53,772 nucleotides of DNA, from assembly GCA_038078715.1 (NCBI GenBank), contig JBBTSU010000006.1:1-53772 (forward strand), in the 5' to 3' direction. The notes under the pieces are model-generated. The model had not been told where the DNA came from. It saw only the letters and a program-made list of their open reading frames with translations, and searched no databases. How positions within the stretch are numbered: position 1 is the first letter of the stretch; each line of letters begins with the position of its first letter. Made by a program: the position numbers and the translations under genes. The DNA is from Patescibacteria group bacterium (lineage in GTDB: Bacteria; Patescibacteriota; Minisyncoccia; Phycocordibacterales; Phycocordibacteraceae). Shown piece after piece: positions 46,105 to 53,772 of the stretch.

Positions 46105-48014
46105 TTTTTCACTGCCTTTTTACTACCTCGTTTCGTTTTTACAATCTCCCTACCATCGACTACTACACGAGATTCATTTCCATAAATATCTATGAACACA
46201 AACATTACCCGCTCTCCAATCTTTTCTGTTGTGATTTCTAGCTTCCACCCATCTTTTTTAAGTTCATCAGCAAAGAAAACGTTATCGAATCCAAAAACGT
46301 TTTCTTTGTAATCGTAATCAGCCATAACCATAGAAAATGTGTCATGTTTCCCCGTCTTCTCTGTGCCTTTAATTCTTGCTCTCGTTTTGAAACTTTTTAT
46401 CTTAATACGCAAGACCTGCGCAGTTCTCTCGATCTCAAGCTCGACTGACGGGGGATTAATGAAGTCAAAACCAACTGCTTCTACAATGTTGTTTACATCT
46501 GTTTCGTCAGAGGGCTGTGCCAGAGCTGAGAATTCGCGACGATGAAGTTCATTTATATATGAGTAAGGTATGCGCAGGGCATAGTAACGAACGCCGTCTA
46601 ATTCAATGTAATCTTCTTGGAAAAGGAAAGCACCTCGCGGAGCTACTATGTAAAACTTACTATCTATTTGCTTACCTACGTTTGCGTGGATGTCTTTAAT
46701 CGTATCGTAGCTTATCTGACCATCTTCAAAGTGATTATAGACATATACGCTTGATCCCTGTCTCTTTCCGTCGAGTTTAAATCCACGTATGACGTGAGGT
46801 TCGTCCTTACACTCAAAAAGTTTCAATGCAACCTTACGCCACTCTTTCCACGGTAATTGTCGCAAGGTTTCAAAATCATAGAGACCAGCGTTGTACAAGG
46901 TGAAAGGTTTTGGCTCTATCTTTCTTTCAGATTTTCCGATCTTCTCTCTGAGGTTTAGCATGCGTTTTTGCATCGTGTAGACCGCCAGTTTCCCACAGTC
47001 AATACCTATCCAACGACGACCAAGCTTCTCCGCAACGACACAAGTAGTACCTGAGCCTGCGAACGCATCCAGAACTAGGTCGCCTTTATTAGACGCCATC
47101 TCTATCAACCGCAACAAAAGTTTTTCTGGTTTTTGTGTAGGATAGCCCGAACGCTCCTCGCTAACTGGAGAGATGATAGGAATCAGCCAAACATCTCCAA
47201 TTGAAATGTTCTCAGATGTCTCTCTCTTTATTGGTTTTCCATCTTTATCTCTAAGGACAACTGTTTTCCCTGAACTATCTTTGCTTGATACATACTGCGA
47301 CGGATTAGGGTTCGTGTTCGGAACAACAGGGGGGTTAAAAGTACATGAGGTACCTTTCTTATACCAAAAGATGCTGTCATGTAATCTTGGTAGCGCACTA
47401 GATTCTGTTGACCACCTTTTGTACTCCCAGATAATCTCATTTCTAAAATGACTCTCACCGAAAACTTCGTCCATTAAAACTTTCATGTAGTGGGCCTTTT
47501 TCCCATCCAAATGGACGTAAATACTACCGTCTTCGGTGAGTAACTCTCGTAGGAGAATCAATCTTTTACGCAGGAACTCTAGGAATTCTGCGCCTGCAAT
47601 TTTGTCTTGATAAGCTTTCTGATCCTGACTTCCACGGAAGTCCCGTTTTGTAGCAAATGGCGGGTCAATATAAATTAAACGAACACCAGAAGTGCCATCA
47701 CTGTTCACCAACTCACCGTCCTGCTTCATTTGAAGTAGGGTCTTCATCGCCTGAACGTTATCGCCAAAAATTATCTTATTACTCCAACCTGAATCACTTT
47801 CGCCAAAAGTGCTAACTGGCTGTAATGGGACCGCCATAGTGTCTGCAAGAATTTGCTCCTCGCTTTCTTTTCCCTGATACAGGAGCTCATACTCTCGTCT
47901 TTCAGGAGGGAACAGTTCGCGAGCCCATTCTGTAGGCAGTTCTCCGCCGGATTCAACAATTTTTATTCCTCTCTTTAGAAGGTCGTAAACGTTGCTCCGG
48001 CGCGTCTCATCCAT
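46101..48014 (-). CDS. mod: Type III RM Mod subunit (beta-class N6-adenine methyltransferase)
   Basis: GDN, IYIDPPF, YPTQKPE, LDAFAGSGTT; 4-nt overlap with res. Confidence 0.9.
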   Translation of the reverse strand: MDETRRSNVYDLLKRGIKIVESGGELPTEWARELFPPERREYELLYQGKESEEQILADTMAVPLQPVSTFGESDSGWSNKIIFGDNVQAMKTLLQMKQDGELVNSDGTSGVRLIYIDPPFATKRDFRGSQDQKAYQDKIAGAEFLEFLRKRLILLRELLTEDGSIYVHLDGKKAHYMKVLMDEVFGESHFRNEIIWEYKRWSTESSALPRLHDSIFWYKKGTSCTFNPPVVPNTNPNPSQYVSSKDSSGKTVVLRDKDGKPIKRETSENISIGDVWLIPIISPVSEERSGYPTQKPEKLLLRLIEMASNKGDLVLDAFAGSGTTCVVAEKLGRRWIGIDCGKLAVYTMQKRMLNLREKIGKSERKIEPKPFTLYNAGLYDFETLRQLPWKEWRKVALKLFECKDEPHVIRGFKLDGKRQGSSVYVYNHFEDGQISYDTIKDIHANVGKQIDSKFYIVAPRGAFLFQEDYIELDGVRYYALRIPYSYINELHRREFSALAQPSDETDVNNIVEAVGFDFINPPSVELEIERTAQVLRIKIKSFKTRARIKGTEKTGKHDTFSMVMADYDYKENVFGFDNVFFADELKKDGWKLEITTEKIGERVMFVFIDIYGNESRVVVDGREIVKTKRGSKKAVKK

Positions 48015-48158
48015 AGAGATATTTTAACCGACCCATGCGTAGTTCCCTATTTTTAATGTTCAGATCCCAGAGTTGGATACAAGATTGATTCGGGAGCGAT
48101 ATTATCAAACAGTACTGCCCAGTGAGCAGCATCGTTAGCCGGGTCCTCTACAGGGGAT

Positions 48159-48734
48159 TTACGCCTTCTCCATTCGTTCCACGTATTCGCCGAGCTCAGT
48201 ATTGATGCGGAGGATATCTCCTTCGTTAATGAAGAGGGGAGTCATTACGGTTGCACCGGATTCAAGAGTTACCTGCTTGGTGCCACCAGTTGCGGTATCG
48301 CCTTTCACTGCAGGAGGAGCGTCTACTACCTTAAGATCAATCTTCACTGGAATATCCACCGTCATCGGCTTCTCGTTATACGTAAACACTTCTACTGGAG
48401 AATTCTGCACAAGCCACTTCACCTTGTCTGCGACCATCTCTTCAGGGAAGGAGAAACGATTCTTGGGGTTACCGGTTTCCGCAAACCAAGACTCGCCACG
48501 GTTTGTGTAGAGATAGGTGGCATCCATCGTATCAATATCTGCCTCAGGCACGCTCTCATTCTGATGGAAGGAGATTTCAAGCACCTTGCCAGACACCAAG
48601 TGCTGGAGCTTGGTCTGGTTCACCGGCTTACGCTGCTGCATGCGGAAGATGTGTGAAGAGATCACCTTATACGGGTCACCGTTGTAGACGATGACCTTCT
48701 TCTGGAGGATTTCGTTGTAGGAAAGTATTGCCAT
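48159..48734 (-). CDS. efp: Translation elongation factor P
   Basis: YLY, PAVKGDTATGGTK, LESGA.V.TPLFINEGD, GEYVER. Start at ATG 48734. Confidence 0.93.
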   Translation of the reverse strand: MAILSYNEILQKKVIVYNGDPYKVISSHIFRMQQRKPVNQTKLQHLVSGKVLEISFHQNESVPEADIDTMDATYLYTNRGESWFAETGNPKNRFSFPEEMVADKVKWLVQNSPVEVFTYNEKPMTVDIPVKIDLKVVDAPPAVKGDTATGGTKQVTLESGATVMTPLFINEGDILRINTELGEYVERMEKA

Positions 48735-48778
48735 AAAAAATGCCCTCAACCGGGTTAGGGGGTATCATACAGGACATC

Positions 48779-49351
48779 ATGGACGACCTCAAGGATGTGC
48801 CGGATGAGGAGATATTGGCCCGCGCACGGAAGAATCCGGACCTCTTTGGGGTACTGGTAGACCGATATGAGGACGCCTTTCTCCGGAAAGCTAAGAGTAT
48901 TGTCCGTATTCAAGAAGATGCAGAAGAAGTAGTGCAAGATTGCTTTACCCGCATCTATGTATACGCTGACCGCTTCAAGCCCCAGGAGGGGGCCCACTTC
49001 TCCTCCTGGGCCTACGCCATTCTTACCCGTCTGGCCTTTACCAGGTATCAGAAATTGAAGCGAAAGCGGGGCGTAACCGCAGAGCTTGATCCTGAGTTAT
49101 ATGAAAAGGTGCCGGATAAAGAGGACTTCCTGGAGGATCTGTCCATTAGAAGCGAAGTTCTGATTGCGCTGTCTCGTATCCCCGATGCTGCATCTCGTGT
49201 CCTCCGTCTTCAGTTTATAGAAGGGAAGACCCAGGAGGAGATCGCAGAGATAGAGGGAGCGAGCGTGTCCGCAATCAAGACCCGAGTCCATCGCGCCAAG
49301 AAAGATTTCAAAACCGCACTCAAAGATACCAATGCCTATGAACAAGATTAA
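48779..49351 (+). CDS. ECF-type sigma-70 factor
   Basis: Region 2 DAEEVVQDCF...FSSWAYAI; region 4 TQEEIAEIEG.S..AIKTRVHRAK. Start at ATG 48779. Confidence 0.9.
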   Translation: MDDLKDVPDEEILARARKNPDLFGVLVDRYEDAFLRKAKSIVRIQEDAEEVVQDCFTRIYVYADRFKPQEGAHFSSWAYAILTRLAFTRYQKLKRKRGVTAELDPELYEKVPDKEDFLEDLSIRSEVLIALSRIPDAASRVLRLQFIEGKTQEEIAEIEGASVSAIKTRVHRAKKDFKTALKDTNAYEQD

Positions 49352-49661
49352 ACCTATCGTCATGCGTCGCGTAGAGATGATCCGCACACTCCGTCCACTC
49401 GTCAGTGACGTGTCTGCGGCGACGGTGCTCTTTTTGCTTGCGCTCTATGGTATTGGGCACGAGGTATGGGTGGCACAGGTGGTCGCGAATATGCCGCCAC
49501 TCTTTGATGTCGCTGCAATGTCTAACTTTATGATTGCGGCGTTTCTTAACACCGAGTTTTTTGTACAAGTGCTTGCGCTGGCGGCGATTGCGACCGGTAT
49601 ATGGCTTGCACGTGGAGTAGGTATTTCTCTATCCCACATAGCCTTCACAGTGAAGACGTAG
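49332..49661 (+). CDS. Small membrane protein, putative anti-sigma factor
   Basis: Overlaps the sigma stop; short basic N-terminus plus 2-3 TM helices. Confidence 0.6.
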   Translation: MPMNKIKPIVMRRVEMIRTLRPLVSDVSAATVLFLLALYGIGHEVWVAQVVANMPPLFDVAAMSNFMIAAFLNTEFFVQVLALAAIATGIWLARGVGISLSHIAFTVKT

Positions 49662-49682
49662 TACACCGTATACTGAAGAGCA

Positions 49683-50966
49683 ATGAAGATTGCTGTCATA
49701 GGCTCGGGGGTGTCGGGTCTTTCTGCTGCATGGCTCCTTGCTCCACACCACGAAGTGGTACTCCTAGAAAAGGATTCACGTCTTGGAGGACATGCACACA
49801 CAGTGATGGTAACGGATCAGGAAAAGAAGGAGATTCCAGTAGATACGGGATTTATGGTGTTTAATCCTTTAAGGTATCCCAACCTTGTGCAACTTTTTAA
49901 GCACCTCAATATTGAGTCCATACCGACGAGCATGTCGTTTGCAGTTTCAATAGATGGCGGGGCATTTGAATTTAACAGCAATATGCCGAATGGAATATTT
50001 GCAGACCGGTCAAACATATTGAATGTATCTTTTTACGAATTCTTGATTGAAATTAATCGTTTTAATGTCACTGCACGAGAATGTTTGAAAGAGGGGGTCT
50101 CGCCCCATCAAACACTTTGGGAGTGGCTTAAGGAACACAAGTTCTCTGAAGACCTTGGTGAGAAATACCTACTTCCGCTTATTGGCTCTGTATGGTCTAC
50201 ACCGAAGAAGCTCGCGCGTAATTTCCCATGTGGGGAACTGTTACGGTTCCTTGATGGCCACCACCTTCTTGCGGCAGTAGGGCACCCACAATGGCAAACC
50301 GTAGTGGGGGGAAGTTCAGAATATGTAAAACGTATCGCAGAAGAAATTACGAACTACGGAGGAATAATACGACTCAAGCAGAAGATTAAAACTGTGCGAC
50401 GCTCAGAGAGAAGTGTAGACATTGTATTCCCGACAAAGACAGAGAAGTTTGATTACGTTGTATTTGCAACGCACGCAGACGATACCCTTACGCTCCTCTC
50501 TCGGCCCAGCAGGGAAGAGAAGGCACTTCTCTCAAAGTTCAAGTACGAGAAAAATGAAGTCTATCTTCATAGTGATCCTTCGCTCATGCCTCGCCGAAAG
50601 GATGCATGGGCTGCATGGAATTATCTCGGGCGTAGTGGATGGGGGCGTACGACCAAGAAAGTGTGCCTTACATATGATATGAACACTCTTCAACATCTGA
50701 AGACGGACATGCCGATATTCGTGACCCTCAATCCATACAAGAAACCAAAATCTAGACTCACCCACAAGGTACTTCGCTACAGTCACCCTATGTGTACGTG
50801 CACATCAATGGAAATGCGCGAACGGCTTGTAGACCTGCAAAACAGGCACAGGTCACTCTTTTGTGGTGCATACTTTGGGTATGGGTTCCACGAAGATGGC
50901 ATTACCTCAGCGATAGAAGCAGTGCGCACATTAGACATTACACCACCATGGGAACATGAACGTTAA
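49683..50966 (+). CDS. FAD-dependent oxidoreductase, COG2907 (UfaD/Rv0449c-like)
   Basis: IAVIGSGVSGL, RLGGHAHT, VDTGFMVFN..YPNL, ATHAD, LHSD..LMP, AWNY, FVTLNP, GAYFGYGFHEDG. Confidence 0.88.
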   Translation: MKIAVIGSGVSGLSAAWLLAPHHEVVLLEKDSRLGGHAHTVMVTDQEKKEIPVDTGFMVFNPLRYPNLVQLFKHLNIESIPTSMSFAVSIDGGAFEFNSNMPNGIFADRSNILNVSFYEFLIEINRFNVTARECLKEGVSPHQTLWEWLKEHKFSEDLGEKYLLPLIGSVWSTPKKLARNFPCGELLRFLDGHHLLAAVGHPQWQTVVGGSSEYVKRIAEEITNYGGIIRLKQKIKTVRRSERSVDIVFPTKTEKFDYVVFATHADDTLTLLSRPSREEKALLSKFKYEKNEVYLHSDPSLMPRRKDAWAAWNYLGRSGWGRTTKKVCLTYDMNTLQHLKTDMPIFVTLNPYKKPKSRLTHKVLRYSHPMCTCTSMEMRERLVDLQNRHRSLFCGAYFGYGFHEDGITSAIEAVRTLDITPPWEHER

Positions 50967-51171
50967 AGAATCACGTGCCCGTTCACTCGTGAAAGCTATT
51001 ATCTGGCGCATCATCGCGACAGCGGGTACCTGGATAACCATGTATCTTTTTACCCAGGATATCTGGGGCTCACTTGGTGGCACACTCGCCGCCGCGGTGC
51101 TCGGTACCATTGGGTACTACTTTAATGAGCGGGTGTGGAATCATATCCACTGGGGACGACACGCGAAATAA
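50956..51171 (+). CDS. DUF2061-family small membrane protein
   Basis: ESRARSLVKAIIWRIIAT...YYFNERVWNHIHWG. Confidence 0.85.
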   Translation: MNVKESRARSLVKAIIWRIIATAGTWITMYLFTQDIWGSLGGTLAAAVLGTIGYYFNERVWNHIHWGRHAK

Positions 51172-52227
51172 CTATTCAGCAACAAGCTTTGCACGAATCT
51201 GTTTCAAGATCTCGTTTGCAATCGGCTTATTCTCACGAAGGAAGGTGCGAGAGGCATCGTATCCACGTCCGAGAGACGTCTCTCCGAACTTGTAGCTAGA
51301 GCCTGACTTCTCCACGATGTCGTACTTCTCTCCAAGTGCGAGGAGTTCTCCTTCACGGCTGATGCCTTCGTTGTAGAGAAGATCAAACTCAGTCGTCTTG
51401 AATGGGGCAGCAACCTTGTTCTTCACCACCTTCACGCGTACGCGACCTCCCACCACTTCTTCTCCTTTCTTGATCTGCGCAATGCGACGGATATCAAGAC
51501 GAACGGAGGTGTAGAACTTAAGCGCTTTTCCTCCAGTCGTCGTCTCTGGGTTTCCGAACATCACACCAAGCTGCATGCGGATCTGGTTAATAAAGATGAT
51601 GATGGTCTTGCTCTTTGCGGTAATGGCGGTGAGCTTACGAAGTGCTTGAGACATAAGGCGTGCCTGCTTTCCCATCTGTGCGGCACCCATGTCGCCTTCA
51701 ATCTCATCCTTTGGTGTAAGTGCGGCGACTGAGTCAACGACAATAACGTCTACTGAGTTTGCACGCACGAGTGACTCCACAATTTCAAGTGCCTGCTCGC
51801 CAGTGTCTGGCTGCGAGATAAGAAGCTCTGGAAGCTTCACGCCAATCTTGCGTACGTACTCTGGATCAAGTGCATGCTCTGCATCTACGAATGCGCAGAT
51901 GCCACCTTTCTTCTGTGCTTCTGCAATGACGTGGAGTGCGAGTGTGGTTTTTCCTGAAGACTCAGGACCATAAATCTCAATGATGCGGCCGCGGGGAAGA
52001 CCCCCAATACCCAGTGCGTAATCAAGACCAAGAGATCCCGTGGGGATGGAAGGGATCGCTGCAATCTTTCCTGAGCCATAGGTCATGATGGCTTCGTCTC
52101 CGAACTTGGTTCGGATTTCTTTGAGCGCAAGCTCAATAGATCTACTCTTGCCCTCCGCGGTCGTCGTGTCCGTCGGCTCCTTCACCTCCACTTCCGTTTT
52201 CTTCGCTGCTTTCTTCTTCGCTGCCAT
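51172..52227 (-). CDS. recA: Recombinase A
   Basis: [53 protein letters not shown]. Confidence 0.98.
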   Translation of the reverse strand: MAAKKKAAKKTEVEVKEPTDTTTAEGKSRSIELALKEIRTKFGDEAIMTYGSGKIAAIPSIPTGSLGLDYALGIGGLPRGRIIEIYGPESSGKTTLALHVIAEAQKKGGICAFVDAEHALDPEYVRKIGVKLPELLISQPDTGEQALEIVESLVRANSVDVIVVDSVAALTPKDEIEGDMGAAQMGKQARLMSQALRKLTAITAKSKTIIIFINQIRMQLGVMFGNPETTTGGKALKFYTSVRLDIRRIAQIKKGEEVVGGRVRVKVVKNKVAAPFKTTEFDLLYNEGISREGELLALGEKYDIVEKSGSSYKFGETSLGRGYDASRTFLRENKPIANEILKQIRAKLVAE

Positions 52228-52561
52228 AATCTATCTCGTTAAGGATATAAATAGTGCGCGTCATAGTTCGGGTGCGCCCGAACCGGTCCGTCGCCGTTAG
52301 AGACAGTATAGCGCCTCCTTGGGGAAGGGTAAGTGAAGTGCTGAAATTCCCATCCTGGTCTATCAATAGAGGACCACCATTGAGGTATAGGGTCTCGGTC
52401 CGGGAGGCCACCCCGGAGACCAGTACCTCTCCTGAAGGCACCGTCTGGCGCTCTGTGGGTGAGTCTATGCGTATATCAGGGCCTGCAAGGAGCGGGTATG
52501 CCTCCTTAATGCCATAGGCCAGGAGGAGAAGGAGGACGACGGCGATGACGGCGCGGATCAT
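52142..52561 (-). CDS. Membrane-anchored Ig-like small protein
   Basis: N-terminal TM, then a beta domain ([11 protein letters not shown]...LNG...DGNF...ATDRFG). Its C-terminus overlaps recA by 86 nt. Confidence 0.7.
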   Translation of the reverse strand: MIRAVIAVVLLLLLAYGIKEAYPLLAGPDIRIDSPTERQTVPSGEVLVSGVASRTETLYLNGGPLLIDQDGNFSTSLTLPQGGAILSLTATDRFGRTRTMTRTIYILNEIDYGSEEESSEENGSGGEGADGHDDRGGQE

Positions 52562-52565
52562 AGCT

Positions 52566-53177
52566 CTATTTCACCACCTCTAGGAGCTCTTGGAAACCAC
52601 CAAAGCTGTAGTCCGCCTCAGGAGAGGAGGTCCACATAATCCCTGTCTGAAGCCCAACTGACTTTGCAGGGATCATTTCTTTCTCTACCGAGTCTCCGAC
52701 AAAGAGTATTTCTTCTGGGGGAAGGGCAGAGCGCTCAATAATCATATTGAATCCATCTAGTGCAGGCTTTGGATTCTTCACATCATCAGGTCCAAGAATG
52801 TTGGTGAACCACGAAGTCTCTATCCCAAGAGCAGGGAGGACCCGTGCGGCGTAGATGTTTGACCATATAGATATAGGCACGCGCTCTTTAAGTGTCGCGA
52901 GCACAGAAGGAATGTCCGGACTTCCTAACCGAAACAGAATCTTTGGATCTACGGCCGCAAGTCTCTCTGACCAGAAGTCTGCGTTCTTTCCGAGTGCAGT
53001 GAACACACCTGAGTTACTCTTTGCCTTTGCAAAGAGTGTTTTGTATTCCTCAATTAACTCCTCTGAGACTTCTTTCCCGACTACTTCTGCGTACGTGTCG
53101 TACAAAAGCTTCTTATGCATCTCTTCCGCAGGGAAGGCGATGGTGTAACTGAAATCAAACCAGACGTGTCTAATCAT
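52566..53177 (-). CDS. HAD-superfamily hydrolase
   Basis: HVWFDFSYTI (degenerate motif I), WSN, NPKP, FVGDSVEKEM. Confidence 0.82.
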   Translation of the reverse strand: MIRHVWFDFSYTIAFPAEEMHKKLLYDTYAEVVGKEVSEELIEEYKTLFAKAKSNSGVFTALGKNADFWSERLAAVDPKILFRLGSPDIPSVLATLKERVPISIWSNIYAARVLPALGIETSWFTNILGPDDVKNPKPALDGFNMIIERSALPPEEILFVGDSVEKEMIPAKSVGLQTGIMWTSSPEADYSFGGFQELLEVVK

Positions 53178-53772
53178 TAGTACGGTCCGCCCTCATTTTC
53201 TTCCTTCGGGGCGTCTCCTCCACCGCGAGAGAGCACATCACGTGGGCGAGAACCATCAGCCGCTCCAATCACACCTTTCTCTTCAAGGATATCCATAAGA
53301 CGTGCAGCACGAGAGTAGCCAATGCGGAGTTTGCGCTGGAGGTAGGAGGTAGAGGCACGGCCGGCTTCTTCTACCGCGGCCTTTGCTTCTGCATACATAT
53401 CATCGTCTACGTCGTCATCTTCAGTGGCGAGCATGATGGCGTCGTTTGGCTCTGTGCTTCCTCCATTTCCTGGGGCAAGATCAAGGGAACCAAGAGAGCC
53501 TGCATTGTTCTGCTTGATATAGCTCACAATCTTCTTTACTTCACCCTCGGCGATGTAGGCAGTCTGGAGACGTACTGGCTTCTGCATATCAGAGGAGAGG
53601 TAGAGCATGTCTCCCGCACCAAGGAGGAGTTCTGCACCACCCTGGTCAAGAATGGTACGAGAATCTATCTGGCTTGCGACCTGGAGCGCCATACGGGTAG
53701 GGACGTTTGCCTTAATAAGGCCCGTAATGACGTTCACGGAAGGGCGCTGGGTAGAGAGGAGGAGATGAATAC
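53177..53772 (-). CDS. ftsK: DNA translocase FtsK/SpoIIIE, C-terminal part (5' end off the window)
   Basis: TQRPSVNVITGLIKAN, DSRTILDQGGAELLLGAGDML; gamma domain ASTSYLQRKLRIGYSRAARL. Confidence 0.95.
   Translation of the reverse strand, partial: IHLLLSTQRPSVNVITGLIKANVPTRMALQVASQIDSRTILDQGGAELLLGAGDMLYLSSDMQKPVRLQTAYIAEGEVKKIVSYIKQNNAGSLGSLDLAPGNGGSTEPNDAIMLATEDDDVDDDMYAEAKAAVEEAGRASTSYLQRKLRIGYSRAARLMDILEEKGVIGAADGSRPRDVLSRGGGDAPKEENEGGPY

Larger units (their letters stand above)
42663..48158. mobile_element. AT-richer accessory island (nuclease and type III RM) between rpsR and efp
   Basis: Visibly AT-richer with defence content; no integrase or flanking repeat found, so boundaries are approximate. 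Confidence 0.4.

Noticed and set aside
1443-48778. Longest-ORF starts given in the track for tsaE, polA, rpsT, mscL, ZIP, nusG, tmk, recO, efp and the sigma factor
   Set aside because: They overlap neighbouring genes or tRNAs; downstream ATGs match family N-termini and, in most cases, the -10 spacing pattern.
1-53772. CRISPR array, rRNA, transposase, integrase or prophage
   Set aside because: No regularly spaced repeats, rRNA-like tract, or recombinase/phage motifs seen; nearly all sequence is explained by the listed genes.
1-53772. UGA-to-Gly recoding (code 25) as in some CPR lineages
   Set aside because: TGA ends polA, metG, tatD and others at their expected C-termini, and conserved genes are uninterrupted under code 11.

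Overview
A gene-dense window (genetic code 11) from a Patescibacteria/CPR genome, most likely Parcubacteria of the L1-lacking group (Kaiserbacteria/Adlerbacteria-like; inferred from gene content, not from a search). It is mostly housekeeping: polA, ruvA, recA, recO, ftsK (partial), murE, guaA, argS, ileS, glyQS, metG, efp, secE-nusG-rplK, rpsF-ssb-rpsR, rplS, rpsT and 8 tRNAs. It also carries type IV pilus genes (pilB, pilM/N/O-like), a complete thymidylate/folate cycle cluster (folA, fau, dcd, thyA, tmk, glyA), a RelBE-type toxin-antitoxin pair, and an AT-richer island with a secreted thermonuclease and a type III restriction-modification system. The most unusual signals are: (i) a window-wide leaderless promoter architecture, with TANNNT about 5-10 nt before the ATG of more than 30 genes and one palindromic -10 box shared by thyA and tmk; (ii) an IleRS with an intact histidine-phosphatase domain inserted and an HQGS in place of HIGH; (iii) two orphan lipid-tailoring-like enzymes (a UfaD/Rv0449c-like flavoprotein beside an ECF sigma factor, and a lycopene-cyclase-like membrane protein) in a lineage generally lacking lipid synthesis; (iv) a methyltransferase mini-island with a structured spacer between two near-identical tRNA-Arg genes, one with the rare GCG anticodon; (v) a stand-alone CarB-like ATP-grasp lid domain; (vi) no rplA after rplK and a non-canonical EF-P loop. 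No CRISPR array, rRNA, transposase or integrase is visible. All calls come from manual reading of motifs; no database searches were run.
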